Notes: generated from the letters alone by a model not told the origin. A DNA stretch of 32,000 bases from Candidatus Methylomirabilis oxygeniifera (GCA_000091165.1 FP565575.1:2720855-2752854), one strand, 5' to 3'. Counted from the first letter of the stretch, positions 16,628 through 24,743 are shown. Program-made: numbers and translations.

Positions 16628-16702
16628 GGGTATATGGGGTTTTGGGTTTGTGGTATCTACCCCACACCCTATACCCTGATCTTTGACCCTCTACCCTATC
16701 CT
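16628..16702. repeat. Inverted pair of degenerate GGGTNNN heptamer arrays in the intra-operon spacer
   Basis: The G-rich half GGGTATATGGGGTTTTGGGTTTGTGGTA faces the C-rich half TACCCCACACCCTATACCCTGATCTTTGACCCTCTACCCTAT. Outer arms GGGTATA/TATACCC are perfectly complementary. In the minus-strand mRNA a UGUUUUC tract follows, then the tolC RBS. Confidence 0.65.
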
Positions 16703-17129
16703 ATGGCTTACGTTCTGACGCCTTCGATTGAGAGGCGGCGGATTCCTCCAGTCGACGCTCCTCGTCCCACCGCTTGAGGAACGCCTCGAAGCGGGGCTGC
16801 TGATCGGCATTCAGGATCGAACGGATCCGCTGGCGCGCCCGCTGCCTCACTTCTTCGAACTGCGGCTGAAGACGTCTGCGCAGGGTCAGAAACTCCTCAC
16901 GTGTCTCATCCAGCGCCGTATTCAATGTGCCAGTCTGTTCCGGTTGGAGTTGCACCGCCTCCGTCAACTCTCTGATATAGCGCTCCCGGTTGAACTTCCC
17001 GGTCCAAATAGCCTGGCGCGGGGGATCGACTCGGTGCAGGTAGGCCGATAAGCTCAGGGCGCCGGCCGCGACACCCAAGAGAAAGACAACGAGAAAGGCG
17101 AGCCCAACCTTCGCGCGTGTCGCCATCAT
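16701..17129 (-). CDS. Membrane-anchored Spy/CpxP/ZraP-like periplasmic protein ('periplasmic heavy-metal sensor' type)
   Basis: Start at ATG 17129 (MMATRAKVGLAFLVVFLLGVAAG, signal anchor) with a GAGG RBS. A helical domain carries LQPEQ and LNADQQ (LTXXQ-like) motifs. Position after an ECF sigma/anti-sigma pair fits this call. Confidence 0.7.
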   Translation of the reverse strand: MMATRAKVGLAFLVVFLLGVAAGALSLSAYLHRVDPPRQAIWTGKFNRERYIRELTEAVQLQPEQTGTLNTALDETREEFLTLRRRLQPQFEEVRQRARQRIRSILNADQQPRFEAFLKRWDEERRLEESAASQSKASERKP

Positions 17130-17133
17130 CTGA

Positions 17134-17685
17134 TTACCTCGAACCCCCGTCTTTGCACGTTGCGCCTCGCGCGTCGCACCCCGGATCGGCGTCCGAGGCA
17201 GGCCTCGCACTTTGTGTCAGCACAAACGCCAGCATCTGGTCCCGGCTGGGCTCCCCGACCACTCCCGGTAGGTTCACTTCCTCAAGAGAAAAGGCATAGA
17301 CATCCGTTCCGCTCCGCACCTGAACCGGGAGCGACGAGTGCGACCCGCTTATGGAGAGCGTCACCCCGGCGAGCAGCAGGACCCCCATAGCCAGGGCCGG
17401 GATTAATCGCCTCGCCAATCCCAAGGCATCGAGCAGGTTGATATCGGGTTGGCCGGGCTCCGTATCCGCCAGTCGCGCTCGTAACCGTGGATAGAAGGCG
17501 GGTCCGGGTCCGCGGACCTCTTCGCGCACGCTCTGGAGCAATGCCGACGACAGTCTGACGACCTTCATCGCCTCACTGCACCGGCGGCAGATCTTCAGAT
17601 GAAGCGCAAGCGCGCTATCATCCGCAAAGACAGCACCTTCGCGCCCTTCCCGTTTCAGCAATTGCATGACGTCCCGGCAAGTCAT
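17134..17685 (-). CDS. Anti-sigma factor (zf-HC2 type, single TM)
   Basis: N-terminal HLKICRRC (HxxxCxxC) motif and a central TM LIPALAMGVLLLAGVTLSI. Start overlaps the sigma stop (ATGA). Confidence 0.75.
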   Translation of the reverse strand: MTCRDVMQLLKREGREGAVFADDSALALHLKICRRCSEAMKVVRLSSALLQSVREEVRGPGPAFYPRLRARLADTEPGQPDINLLDALGLARRLIPALAMGVLLLAGVTLSISGSHSSLPVQVRSGTDVYAFSLEEVNLPGVVGEPSRDQMLAFVLTQSARPASDADPGCDARGATCKDGGSR

Positions 17686-18344
17686 TCGCCCCTCCCTTCA
17701 TGATGCGCCGTCTCCTCTTCCTGGCGGATCAAGCGCTGAATGCAAATCTGCATCGCCCGGCGTGCCCGCCACAGGCGGACCTTCGCGGCCGCTCGAGAGC
17801 AGCCGATGGCGTCGGCAATCTCCGCAATCTCAAGCCCGTGAACTTCGCGTAATGTGATGACCAATCGCTCCTTTGGCGTAAGACCGGCCAGTATCCGTTC
17901 CGCGAGATCTCTGGCGGCCACCTGATCTCCACTCCCGGTTCCAGTCGACGGACACCCTTTCTCAGCCAGGACGTGCATCACATCACGCTCGGACTCGCCC
18001 AGGTCGGTAAAGGTGACCTCGGAGCGTCGACGGATTTTTCGGAGGTGATCGTAGCAGGTGTTGACAGTGATCCGGCGAAGCCATGGCGCGAATGGGGCCC
18101 CAGGTCGAAACCGCCCGATAGCCACGTACGCCTTCAGGAAGATGTCCTGAGCCAGGTCTTCCACGTCCTGCTTGCGCCGGAGGAAGCTGCCGATAACGGC
18201 GAACACGTGCTGTTCATGTAACCTGAGCAGGGCCTCGAAGGCCTGCCGGTCGCCTTCCTGCGCCTGTCGGATGAGATCGGCTTCCCGTTCGGAAGCCTCT
18301 CGCCATCTCGCCGCAGGTTCCTGATCTTTCCTCTTATCCATCAT
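17682..18344 (-). CDS. ECF-type RNA polymerase sigma factor (sigma-70 regions 2 and 4)
   Basis: Region 2 DVEDLAQDIFLKAYVAIGRF...WLRRITVNTCYDHLR. Region 4 HTH LEIAEIADAIGCSRAAAKVRLWRARRAM. Confidence 0.92.
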   Translation of the reverse strand: MMDKRKDQEPAARWREASEREADLIRQAQEGDRQAFEALLRLHEQHVFAVIGSFLRRKQDVEDLAQDIFLKAYVAIGRFRPGAPFAPWLRRITVNTCYDHLRKIRRRSEVTFTDLGESERDVMHVLAEKGCPSTGTGSGDQVAARDLAERILAGLTPKERLVITLREVHGLEIAEIADAIGCSRAAAKVRLWRARRAMQICIQRLIRQEEETAHHEGRGE

Positions 18345-18358
18345 AAATACGTATGGTG

Positions 18359-18384
18359 AGACCGTTGGGTTACGTGTATGTTCC
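18359..18384 (-). promoter_or_regulatory. Candidate ECF-type autoregulated promoter (GGAAC-N15-CGGTCT)
   Basis: Minus-strand reading is GGAACatacacgtaacccaaCGGTCT, ending 14 nt before the sigma ATG. No Shine-Dalgarno is visible, so the transcript would be nearly leaderless. Confidence 0.25.
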
Positions 18385-18729
18385 TATTGCTCATTGTCGC
18401 ACGCATTGAGCGGGAAACGGATGAGAAAGGGGACCGGTTGGTCCGGGTTGTACCTACACATTGCAGTTAAAAAGCATCGTTTTGCCTGCAAGCCTTTACT
18501 ATCGTAGGGTTAGCTCACTAACCACTGACACAAAGGAGAGATAAAACGATGCAGGCTCAGATTACGCCATGGGTCAGCTCAAAGGCAATCGGAATCACCC
18601 GTACCGGCCCACCCGTGACAGCCTTAGGGTTTGGCGTTCTTGGTCGCCTCCGCCCAGCGGATTGGCTTGGCTCCGAATCTCGCGGGGGCACTGCCGTTTG
18701 TTCTCGCGTTCCAGCCCTTCGCCTCTGGC

Positions 18730-19023
18730 CTAGAAGTGAGCGAGTTGCAGTTTCAGGGGAGGCGGTGGGCGTGCGCGCTCCTCGCGGACCCGCACTCGTG
18801 CCTTCTTCAGGTCGAGGTTGCCCGACACGGCACGATCGATCAGATCGGAAAGTTCTGGATCATTTAATGCGGTTCACCATGCAGCCATCGTCTGAGCATT
18901 CATCTCCCCGGCAATCAGTCCGCTTTTTAGTTTGCTGTGCCATGTCGGGGATAATGATGTCTCAGGCCTGACATAGTCCGGCCCCACGGTTGTACATCCG
19001 ACAAGGACAAGGGGCGCGAACAC
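18730..19023 (-). pseudogene. 5' remnant of a NodT/OprM-family outer-membrane-factor lipoprotein gene
   Basis: Hand translation gives ..FAPLVLVGC(lipobox)TTVGPDYVRPETSLSPTWH...AAW*TALNDPELSDLIDRAVSGNLDLKKARVRVREERAR. There is an in-frame TGA at 18874-18876 where the conserved second Trp of the WW motif is expected. The signal-peptide start is missing and similarity ends after about 95 codons. Confidence 0.7.
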
Positions 19024-19110
19024 CGCAAGAAACTATGAAATTGTTCCGCCGGAAATGGGACCCATTCTTATAAGAACGGGATAGCAAGTGAATGTGGCGC
19101 AAATAAGGAA

Positions 19111-19139
19111 GCAGGGGCCGGTTTGAAACCGGCCCCTGC
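19111..19139 (-). terminator. Intrinsic terminator-like perfect hairpin downstream of the EF-hand gene
   Basis: gcaggggccgg-tttgaaa-ccggcccctgc, an 11-bp GC-rich perfect stem. On the minus strand it is followed by TTCCTTATTT. It lies about 70 nt after the stop at 19212. Confidence 0.65.
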
Positions 19140-19211
19140 CAGAAATCCGCAGCGCTTTTGTTGTGATTAGCCGTATAGTCAGCGACACCTATCTGTCAGA
19201 TGCCGCCGCTA

Positions 19212-19958
19212 TCAAGCCTGTAAGTTTACCAGAAAATATGTATCTCCACTGCCTGTCTTATCGCCTAAGGTCTCAAGCAGTGTCGATATATAGTCTTTGA
19301 TGTGGCTTGTTGTATCTGTGGACGAGCTACCGTCGGATGACTGGTTGCTCAGCAAATCAAGCAGAGATGACAACCGGTCCGAACCTATATTCATTCCATA
19401 GGTGGACATGGCATTTTGCATGCCAGCCGGCGGCGCGGGTGCGTTATCCTTCATGAAGCTGTTCAACTCATCCGCGCTTAATGAGCCGTCGCCATCCGTA
19501 TCGTATACGGAAAAAACTTTGTCTCCATCTATGGAGTCGCCTTTTCTTTCCCTAATATTTTCGGCGAAGACTCCAAATTCCGACTTACTAATGCCGCCGT
19601 CGGTATCGGTGTCAATCTTACTGAACAGTCCCTCAAGCCGGCCCTGCATTCCCCGACCTTCCATCGGCCCATTCATTGGAGGCGGCGCGGGTGCGTTATC
19701 CTTCATGAAGCTGTTCAACTCATCCGCACTTAATGCGCCGTCGCCATTTGCATCGTACTTGGAATAAACGTCTTCAACGTTCGGTGAACTTCCGCTCATC
19801 TCCGACATTTTCTTCGCAAGGTCCGAGAATTCGGTCTTGTCGACCCCGCCGCTGCCGTCGCTGTCGATCCTGCTGAACATCCTTTCCTTGAACTGCTGCA
19901 TCGACTGGACGTTCATTTGGTTGCCGAAACTGAACGAACTACTGATACTGCTTATCAT
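19212..19958 (-). CDS. Four-EF-hand calcium-binding protein with internal duplication
   Basis: Loops DSDGSGGVDKTE, DANGDGALSADE, DTDTDGGISKSE and DTDGDGSLSADE. GGAAGGGAGG RBS. Ser-rich N-terminus without an obvious signal peptide. The local DNA is AT-rich. Confidence 0.85.
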   Translation of the reverse strand: MISSISSSFSFGNQMNVQSMQQFKERMFSRIDSDGSGGVDKTEFSDLAKKMSEMSGSSPNVEDVYSKYDANGDGALSADELNSFMKDNAPAPPPMNGPMEGRGMQGRLEGLFSKIDTDTDGGISKSEFGVFAENIRERKGDSIDGDKVFSVYDTDGDGSLSADELNSFMKDNAPAPPAGMQNAMSTYGMNIGSDRLSSLLDLLSNQSSDGSSSTDTTSHIKDYISTLLETLGDKTGSGDTYFLVNLQA

Positions 19959-20091
19959 GCGTTACCTCCCTTCCAGAGCTTTTTGCTCGAAGCGCTGCGG
20001 ACGCTGGATGTAAAAGCAATCGAATTGCCACTTTCATGGATGGGAAGGAAAAATGTGTATGCCCCCAAACCGGATAAGTTACGTCTGATAA

Positions 20092-20292
20092 CTACTCTTT
20101 CTGCTTTTCCGTACGCCTCTTGTCTTCAAGTAGGCTCGCCGCCTGTTTCAGTAATGCGGATTTCCAGTTTTTAATCTGGTTGGGATGAAGGTTGTATTGC
20201 GCCGCCAGCTCGGTCAAGCTTTTATTCCCGTAAATTAATTCCGTTACGACCTTTGCCTTAAACGACCCGTCGTATGTTTTACGGTTTTTCAT
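20092..20292 (-). mobile_element. IS3-family transposase OrfA (HTH, COG2963-like) fragment; no orfB
   Basis: MKNRKTYDGSFKAKVVTELIYGNKSLTELAAQYNLHPNQIKNWKSALL matches the OrfA N-terminal HTH pattern. It is only 66 aa, and no frameshift site or DDE orfB follows; the EF-hand gene leader follows instead. Confidence 0.75.
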
Positions 20293-20591
20293 TGAAGCAT
20301 GTTCCTATATAAAATCCGGCAATTGATTGAATGTCATGTCGTAACTTAAATCACCAATAAAAACACTTGCTTTGAGGTCATTCCAGTTTATTTTCTTGCA
20401 GAAGACTTCTTCATTCCAGGCCGAAACTTTCTTGTGCCGAGGAAAATTTTTCCCGCTTTATGTTGATTTAGGGTGGCTGGTGAATATGGCCGAATTGTAA
20501 AAGAATTGAAATCGGCGGTCCCTCCTGACGCCCGTAGCCGAGCGTTGGTGCGGGTTCCCGGCTGCCGTATGAAGGTAACTGCAATACGGGC

Positions 20592-21800
20592 TTATTCATA
20601 TCTCAGTGCCTGGATAGGATCCAGACGTGCGGCCTGGCGAGCGGGAAAGAAACCGAAGACGATGCCGACCGTCGCGGAGAAGACGAACGCCACAACGACG
20701 ATGCCCGGGTTGAAAATGAACGGCACGTCAAGCGCAATAGCGCCGGCGCCGGCCGTCGCCAGCCCGAGCCCAATGCCGACCAGGCCGCCCAAGGACGAGA
20801 GCACCACCGCCTCTACCAGAAACTGCATCAGCACTTCCCGCTCCAGGGCCCCGATGGCCAGCCGAATGCCGATCTCCCGCGTCCGCTCGGTCACCGACAC
20901 CAACATGATGTTCATGATGCCGATCCCGCCCACCAGCAGACTGACCGTTGCGACCGCTCCCAGCAGCGCCGTGAGGACCTGGGTGGTTCCGGCCAGGGTG
21001 CTGACGAGCTGTTGCATGTTGAGCACGTGAAAGTCATCGTCCTTGCCCGGTGTAATCCGGCGGCGTTCCCGCAGCAGCCGCTCGATGTCCCGCTGAACCT
21101 TTTCCGTGGACACCCCATCTCGTGCGGAGACTGAGATCGCGCCGACATCCGTGTTCCCCGCGATGCGCCGCTGCAGCATGCGCAAGGGTACAAGAATCAT
21201 GTCGTCCTGATCTATGCCGAAACTCATCCGCCCCTTCTTGGCGAGGACGCCGATCACCTGGCAGGACAGCTTCTGCAGGCGAATTGTCGCACCCACCGGG
21301 TCCTGACCGCCGAAGAGCTCCCTCCGCACCGTCGCCCCGAGGATGCACTGGGCGCTGCCTGCTCGGAGGTCCTCATCGGTGAACTGGCGGCCGCCGGCCA
21401 GCGGCCAGTTCCGTGTCTGGAGGTAGGTGTTGACGCTGCCGGTGATGGTGGTGGACCAGTTCGCGCTCCCCGAAATCGCCTGCATCGTCCGGGTGGCGAC
21501 GGGAGCCACAGCCAGGAGCCCCGAGACCTCCCTGGCGATGACCTCGGCATCCTCGATCTTGAACATGGCGGCACTCTCGCGCGCGCCGCCTGGGCGCGGC
21601 CCCTGTCCAGGCATCACCTCAACGAGGTTGGTGCCGAGGGTCGCCACATCGGCCGTCACCTTCGTAGTCGCGCCGGCCCCGATGGTCACCATCGTGATGA
21701 CAGAAGCGACACCGATGACGATGCCAAGGATAGTCAGCGAAGAACGCAGGATGTTGCGGCGGATCGCCCTGAGCGCCAAGAGAACAATACTCCAGAACAT
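20592..21800 (-). CDS. MacB-type ABC transporter permease (paralog 2)
   Basis: 402 aa with the same architecture and C-terminus (...FFPARQAARLDPIQALRYE) as 11558-12790. Confidence 0.92.
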   Translation of the reverse strand: MFWSIVLLALRAIRRNILRSSLTILGIVIGVASVITMVTIGAGATTKVTADVATLGTNLVEVMPGQGPRPGGARESAAMFKIEDAEVIAREVSGLLAVAPVATRTMQAISGSANWSTTITGSVNTYLQTRNWPLAGGRQFTDEDLRAGSAQCILGATVRRELFGGQDPVGATIRLQKLSCQVIGVLAKKGRMSFGIDQDDMILVPLRMLQRRIAGNTDVGAISVSARDGVSTEKVQRDIERLLRERRRITPGKDDDFHVLNMQQLVSTLAGTTQVLTALLGAVATVSLLVGGIGIMNIMLVSVTERTREIGIRLAIGALEREVLMQFLVEAVVLSSLGGLVGIGLGLATAGAGAIALDVPFIFNPGIVVVAFVFSATVGIVFGFFPARQAARLDPIQALRYE

Positions 21801-22489
21801 CAGACCGCTCCCTCTTTTCGGCCGTCCGGTTCGATCCGGCCGTCCCGGAAGTGGATGACTCGCCCTGCGAAGGCGGCCATGTCCGCTTCATGGGTCACCA
21901 GGATGATGGTGATGCCGCGCTCTTCATTGAGCGTGCTGAGCAGCGTCATGATCTCCTGGCTCATGGCGGAATCCAGGTTGCCTGTCGGTTCGTCGGCGAA
22001 CAAGACTGCCGGATCGGTCACGATGGCTCGGGCAATAGCCACCCGCTGCTGCTGCCCCCCGGAGAGTTCAGCAGGTGTGTGCGATTCCCAGCCACCCAGC
22101 CCGACGGCCTCCAGTGCCTCCCTGGCGCGTCTCCGACGCTCCCCGGACGGTACGTTGCGATAGAGTAAGGGCAGCTCCACGTTCTCGAGTGCGGATGTCC
22201 GGCTCAACAGGTTGTAGCCCTGGAATACGAAGCCGAGATAGTGGCGGCGAAGAAGCGCGCGCTGGTTCCTCGTCAGGGTGCCAACATCGAGCGCTTGGAA
22301 CTGATAGACGCCGGATGTCGGTGTATCGAGGCATCCCAGGATATTCATGCACGTGGACTTCCCCGATCCGCTTGGTCCCATCACGGCGACAAACTCCCCC
22401 TGAGTAATCAGGAGATCAATCCCGCGTAACGCGTGCACGGCAGCGTGGCCCGTGCCGTACACTTTGGCCACGGCCGTCAACTCAATCAT
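21800..22489 (-). CDS. ABC transporter ATP-binding protein (paralog 2)
   Basis: Start at ATG 22489 (MIELTAVAKVYG), overlapping the MacA stop (ATGA). Walker [25 protein letters not shown], Walker [12 protein letters not shown]. The track's extension to 22624 lies inside macA. Confidence 0.92.
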   Translation of the reverse strand: MIELTAVAKVYGTGHAAVHALRGIDLLITQGEFVAVMGPSGSGKSTCMNILGCLDTPTSGVYQFQALDVGTLTRNQRALLRRHYLGFVFQGYNLLSRTSALENVELPLLYRNVPSGERRRRAREALEAVGLGGWESHTPAELSGGQQQRVAIARAIVTDPAVLFADEPTGNLDSAMSQEIMTLLSTLNEERGITIILVTHEADMAAFAGRVIHFRDGRIEPDGRKEGAV

Positions 22490-23811
22490 CGGTCGGCACT
22501 CATCGCATCGACCGCGAGCGGCATTCCCGGCTCGATCTCCCCACCCGTGATCTCCGTCATAATCCCGTCGGTCACGCCGGTGGTAACCGGGATGGCGACA
22601 AGCTGTCCATCGCGGAGCATCCACACCTGCGGCCGCTTGGAGTCGCCTGTCGCGTCCCCGCGCGTCTTGGGAGGCATGGGCGGTGGGCCCGGGAGGATCT
22701 TTCGCAGGAGCCCGCCGCCGCTGGTCGGCGCCTGCTGCTGTCCTGCCTGGGGCGAAAAGCGGAGCGCCGCATTTGGGACCAGCACGGCGTTCTCAACCTT
22801 CTGAACGGTGATGACCGCCGTCGCCGTCATCCCCGGCCGGAGGGATAGGTCCGAGTTGTCCAACGTCAACACGGTCTCGTACGTCACGACACCGCTCACC
22901 GTCTTGGCGCCGTAGCGGACCTGGGTGATCCGCGCCAGAAAGGTCCGGTCCGGAAAGGCGTCAACGGTGAAGGTGGCCGGCTGGCCTGCTCTGACACGCC
23001 CCACGTCGGCCTCATCCACGTCGACGTGGAGTTCCATTTTTGCCAAGTTTTCCGCCAGTGTAAAGAGCACCGGAGCCTGGAGTGTGGCGGCCACCGTTTG
23101 TCCCACGTCCACATTGCGGGACACCACGGTGCCGGCTACGGGAGCGCGAATGGACGTGTGGTCCAGATCTACTTGGGCCTGGGCCACGGCCGCCCGCTTC
23201 TGATCCACCTGGGCCCGAGCCGCCTCGAACTGGGCCTGGGCGGCGCGACGCGACGCCACCGTCGCGTCGTGGGTGGTCTGGGCCGTGTCCCGCTCCTCCC
23301 GGGAGATCCCGCCCTCTTGAAACAACTGTACCCGCGAGTCCCGCTTCACGCGGGCGTCACGCACCTGCACGTCGGCGTTGACCACGTCGGCCTCGGCCCG
23401 AGCCACGGCGGCCTGGGCGGCCTGAAGGTCCGCCTGGACCTGGGCCAGCTTGGTCTCGAAGAGGTCCGGATCGATGCGGGCGATAAGCTGGCCCTTCTTC
23501 ACGGGGGAGTTAAAGTCGGCCTTCAACTCCCTGATGATCCCTGAGACCTGGCTGCCCACCTGCACCGTAGTCACAGCGTTGAGGGTCCCGGTCGCCTTCA
23601 CGGTGACGGTCAGCGATCCCCGGCGCACCTCTTGGGTCTGGTATTGTGGCGCCTGGGTAGCGCGAGTGGCCTGCCAGGCTGCTATGGCATACATCACGGC
23701 GATCCCGAGAAGCAGCGCAACGAGAATCTGGATCAGGCGGTATCGCCACCTCGACGATCGCGGTCTGCCCACTACCCGAACGATATCCGGCTCTGGCTTC
23801 GCTTTGTCCAT
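22486..23811 (-). CDS. MacA/HlyD-family periplasmic adaptor (paralog 2)
   Basis: N-terminal TM, VQVGSQVSGIIREL, GQLIARIDP, a coiled-coil hairpin and a beta-barrel region. It parallels 13553-15001. Confidence 0.9.
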   Translation of the reverse strand: MDKAKPEPDIVRVVGRPRSSRWRYRLIQILVALLLGIAVMYAIAAWQATRATQAPQYQTQEVRRGSLTVTVKATGTLNAVTTVQVGSQVSGIIRELKADFNSPVKKGQLIARIDPDLFETKLAQVQADLQAAQAAVARAEADVVNADVQVRDARVKRDSRVQLFQEGGISREERDTAQTTHDATVASRRAAQAQFEAARAQVDQKRAAVAQAQVDLDHTSIRAPVAGTVVSRNVDVGQTVAATLQAPVLFTLAENLAKMELHVDVDEADVGRVRAGQPATFTVDAFPDRTFLARITQVRYGAKTVSGVVTYETVLTLDNSDLSLRPGMTATAVITVQKVENAVLVPNAALRFSPQAGQQQAPTSGGGLLRKILPGPPPMPPKTRGDATGDSKRPQVWMLRDGQLVAIPVTTGVTDGIMTEITGGEIEPGMPLAVDAMSADR

Positions 23812-23854
23812 GGACTTACGCCCTCTTTGGGCGTGCTCGGAACCCTCTTCGCCG

Positions 23855-24115
23855 TTACTTCTGCGGCACGGCTACCAACTGACCTTGTAATTCCCGACAC
23901 GTCCCGGTGATCGTGTCCCCTCGGGGAGTCTGGAACTGCACCGTATCCCCCGAGCTCTTCCCTTCACACGCCCGGATCGCCTCGGGTGGCAGCCCCGCGC
24001 CGCGTCCGCCCCATGGAGGTTGTCCGAACACCCGCCCAGCGGTCGTGCTCATGACAAGAAACCCCAGGACTGCCACTGCCTTCTTCACCATGACACCGCG
24101 CCTGTTCGCTCGCAT
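23855..24115 (-). CDS. Small secreted protein, two Cys (hypothetical)
   Basis: ATG 24115 with an AAGGAG RBS 6 nt upstream. Signal peptide MRANRRGVMVKKAVAVLGFLVMSTTAGRVFG; the mature part is about 55 aa (..ACEGKSSGDTVQFQTPRGDTITGTCRE..). Confidence 0.55.
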   Translation of the reverse strand: MRANRRGVMVKKAVAVLGFLVMSTTAGRVFGQPPWGGRGAGLPPEAIRACEGKSSGDTVQFQTPRGDTITGTCRELQGQLVAVPQK

Positions 24116-24165
24116 ATCCTGCTCCTTTCTGTTGTAAAGTTGACCGCCCTTACTACCCATGTTCT

Positions 24166-24627
24166 CTACTTGACCACCACCTGCCCTTTTAGTAATGCCA
24201 CCCCAGCCGATGAAGACATCAGCATGCGGTACGTGTACGTGCCTGGAGAGTCGAAGCGAAAAGCGCCCATAGCCCCCGGTACGATCGGATCGGAGGTACA
24301 GCTTCCGCTGGAGGGCGTCGCAGACTCCTTGGGCGTGCCACAGGCCTTTCCCGACGGAATGTTTTCATCGAAGACAACGCGAGCCAGTGATTCCGGGACG
24401 GCATTCACCCAGAGAACCGTCTCGCCCGGACTGATCTCGATCGTCCGGGGGATAACATCGAGGTCGACTCGCCCGGAAGACATTTGTGTAACCAGGACCG
24501 TGACGACCTTGACGATTCCGATTGGTTGCATATCCGCCGGGATGCTCAAATCCTGTAGTGACCCATTGGCAGGCCACGCCGCCATGACGACCATAAGAAG
24601 CGATACGAAGACAAGGGGAATGCGCAT
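24166..24627 (-). CDS. Secreted cupredoxin-like beta-sandwich protein lacking canonical Cu ligands (tentative)
   Basis: Signal peptide MRIPLVFVSLLMVVMAAWPANG. GETVLWVN ... FDSPGTYTYRM ... GQVVV follows the plastocyanin/amicyanin strand pattern, but the C-x-H-x-M ligand loop is replaced by RMLMSSS. Confidence 0.5.
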   Translation of the reverse strand: MRIPLVFVSLLMVVMAAWPANGSLQDLSIPADMQPIGIVKVVTVLVTQMSSGRVDLDVIPRTIEISPGETVLWVNAVPESLARVVFDENIPSGKACGTPKESATPSSGSCTSDPIVPGAMGAFRFDSPGTYTYRMLMSSSAGVALLKGQVVVK

Positions 24628-24743
24628 TTCTCTTCACCACCTTTCACCATCTCCGGCTGATCTTTCTCGTAGTACCACTCGCGACTCCACTATATATGTA
24701 CAGTCGCGCGTCTAAAGTGTGTATTAAGACTCAGTCAAGGCAT

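Noticed and set aside
18874-18876. In-frame TGA in the OMF remnant as a second selenocysteine codon
   Set aside because: It replaces a conserved Trp (a single TGG to TGA change), not a redox Cys. The gene also lacks its start and its entire barrel/helical body, so a nonsense mutation in a pseudogene is the simpler reading.
18549-18971. 140-aa plus-strand ORF with a good AAGGAGAG RBS
   Set aside because: Most of it is antisense to the recognisable OMF remnant, and its Arg/Ser/Pro-rich composition is not protein-like. I cannot exclude that a short peptide from the first ~40 codons is made.
20296-20470. Open minus-strand frame ending ...NEEVFCKKINWNDLKASVFIGDLSYDMTFNQLPDFI* just upstream of the IS3 orfA fragment
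   Set aside because: There is no usable start codon and I recognise no family. It may be a C-terminal remnant of cargo from the inserted element, but I cannot support a call.
22490-22624. Upstream extension of the locus-2 ATPase ORF
   Set aside because: It lies inside the macA paralog coding region. The ATG at 22489 gives the canonical ABC N-terminus and an ATGA stop/start overlap.
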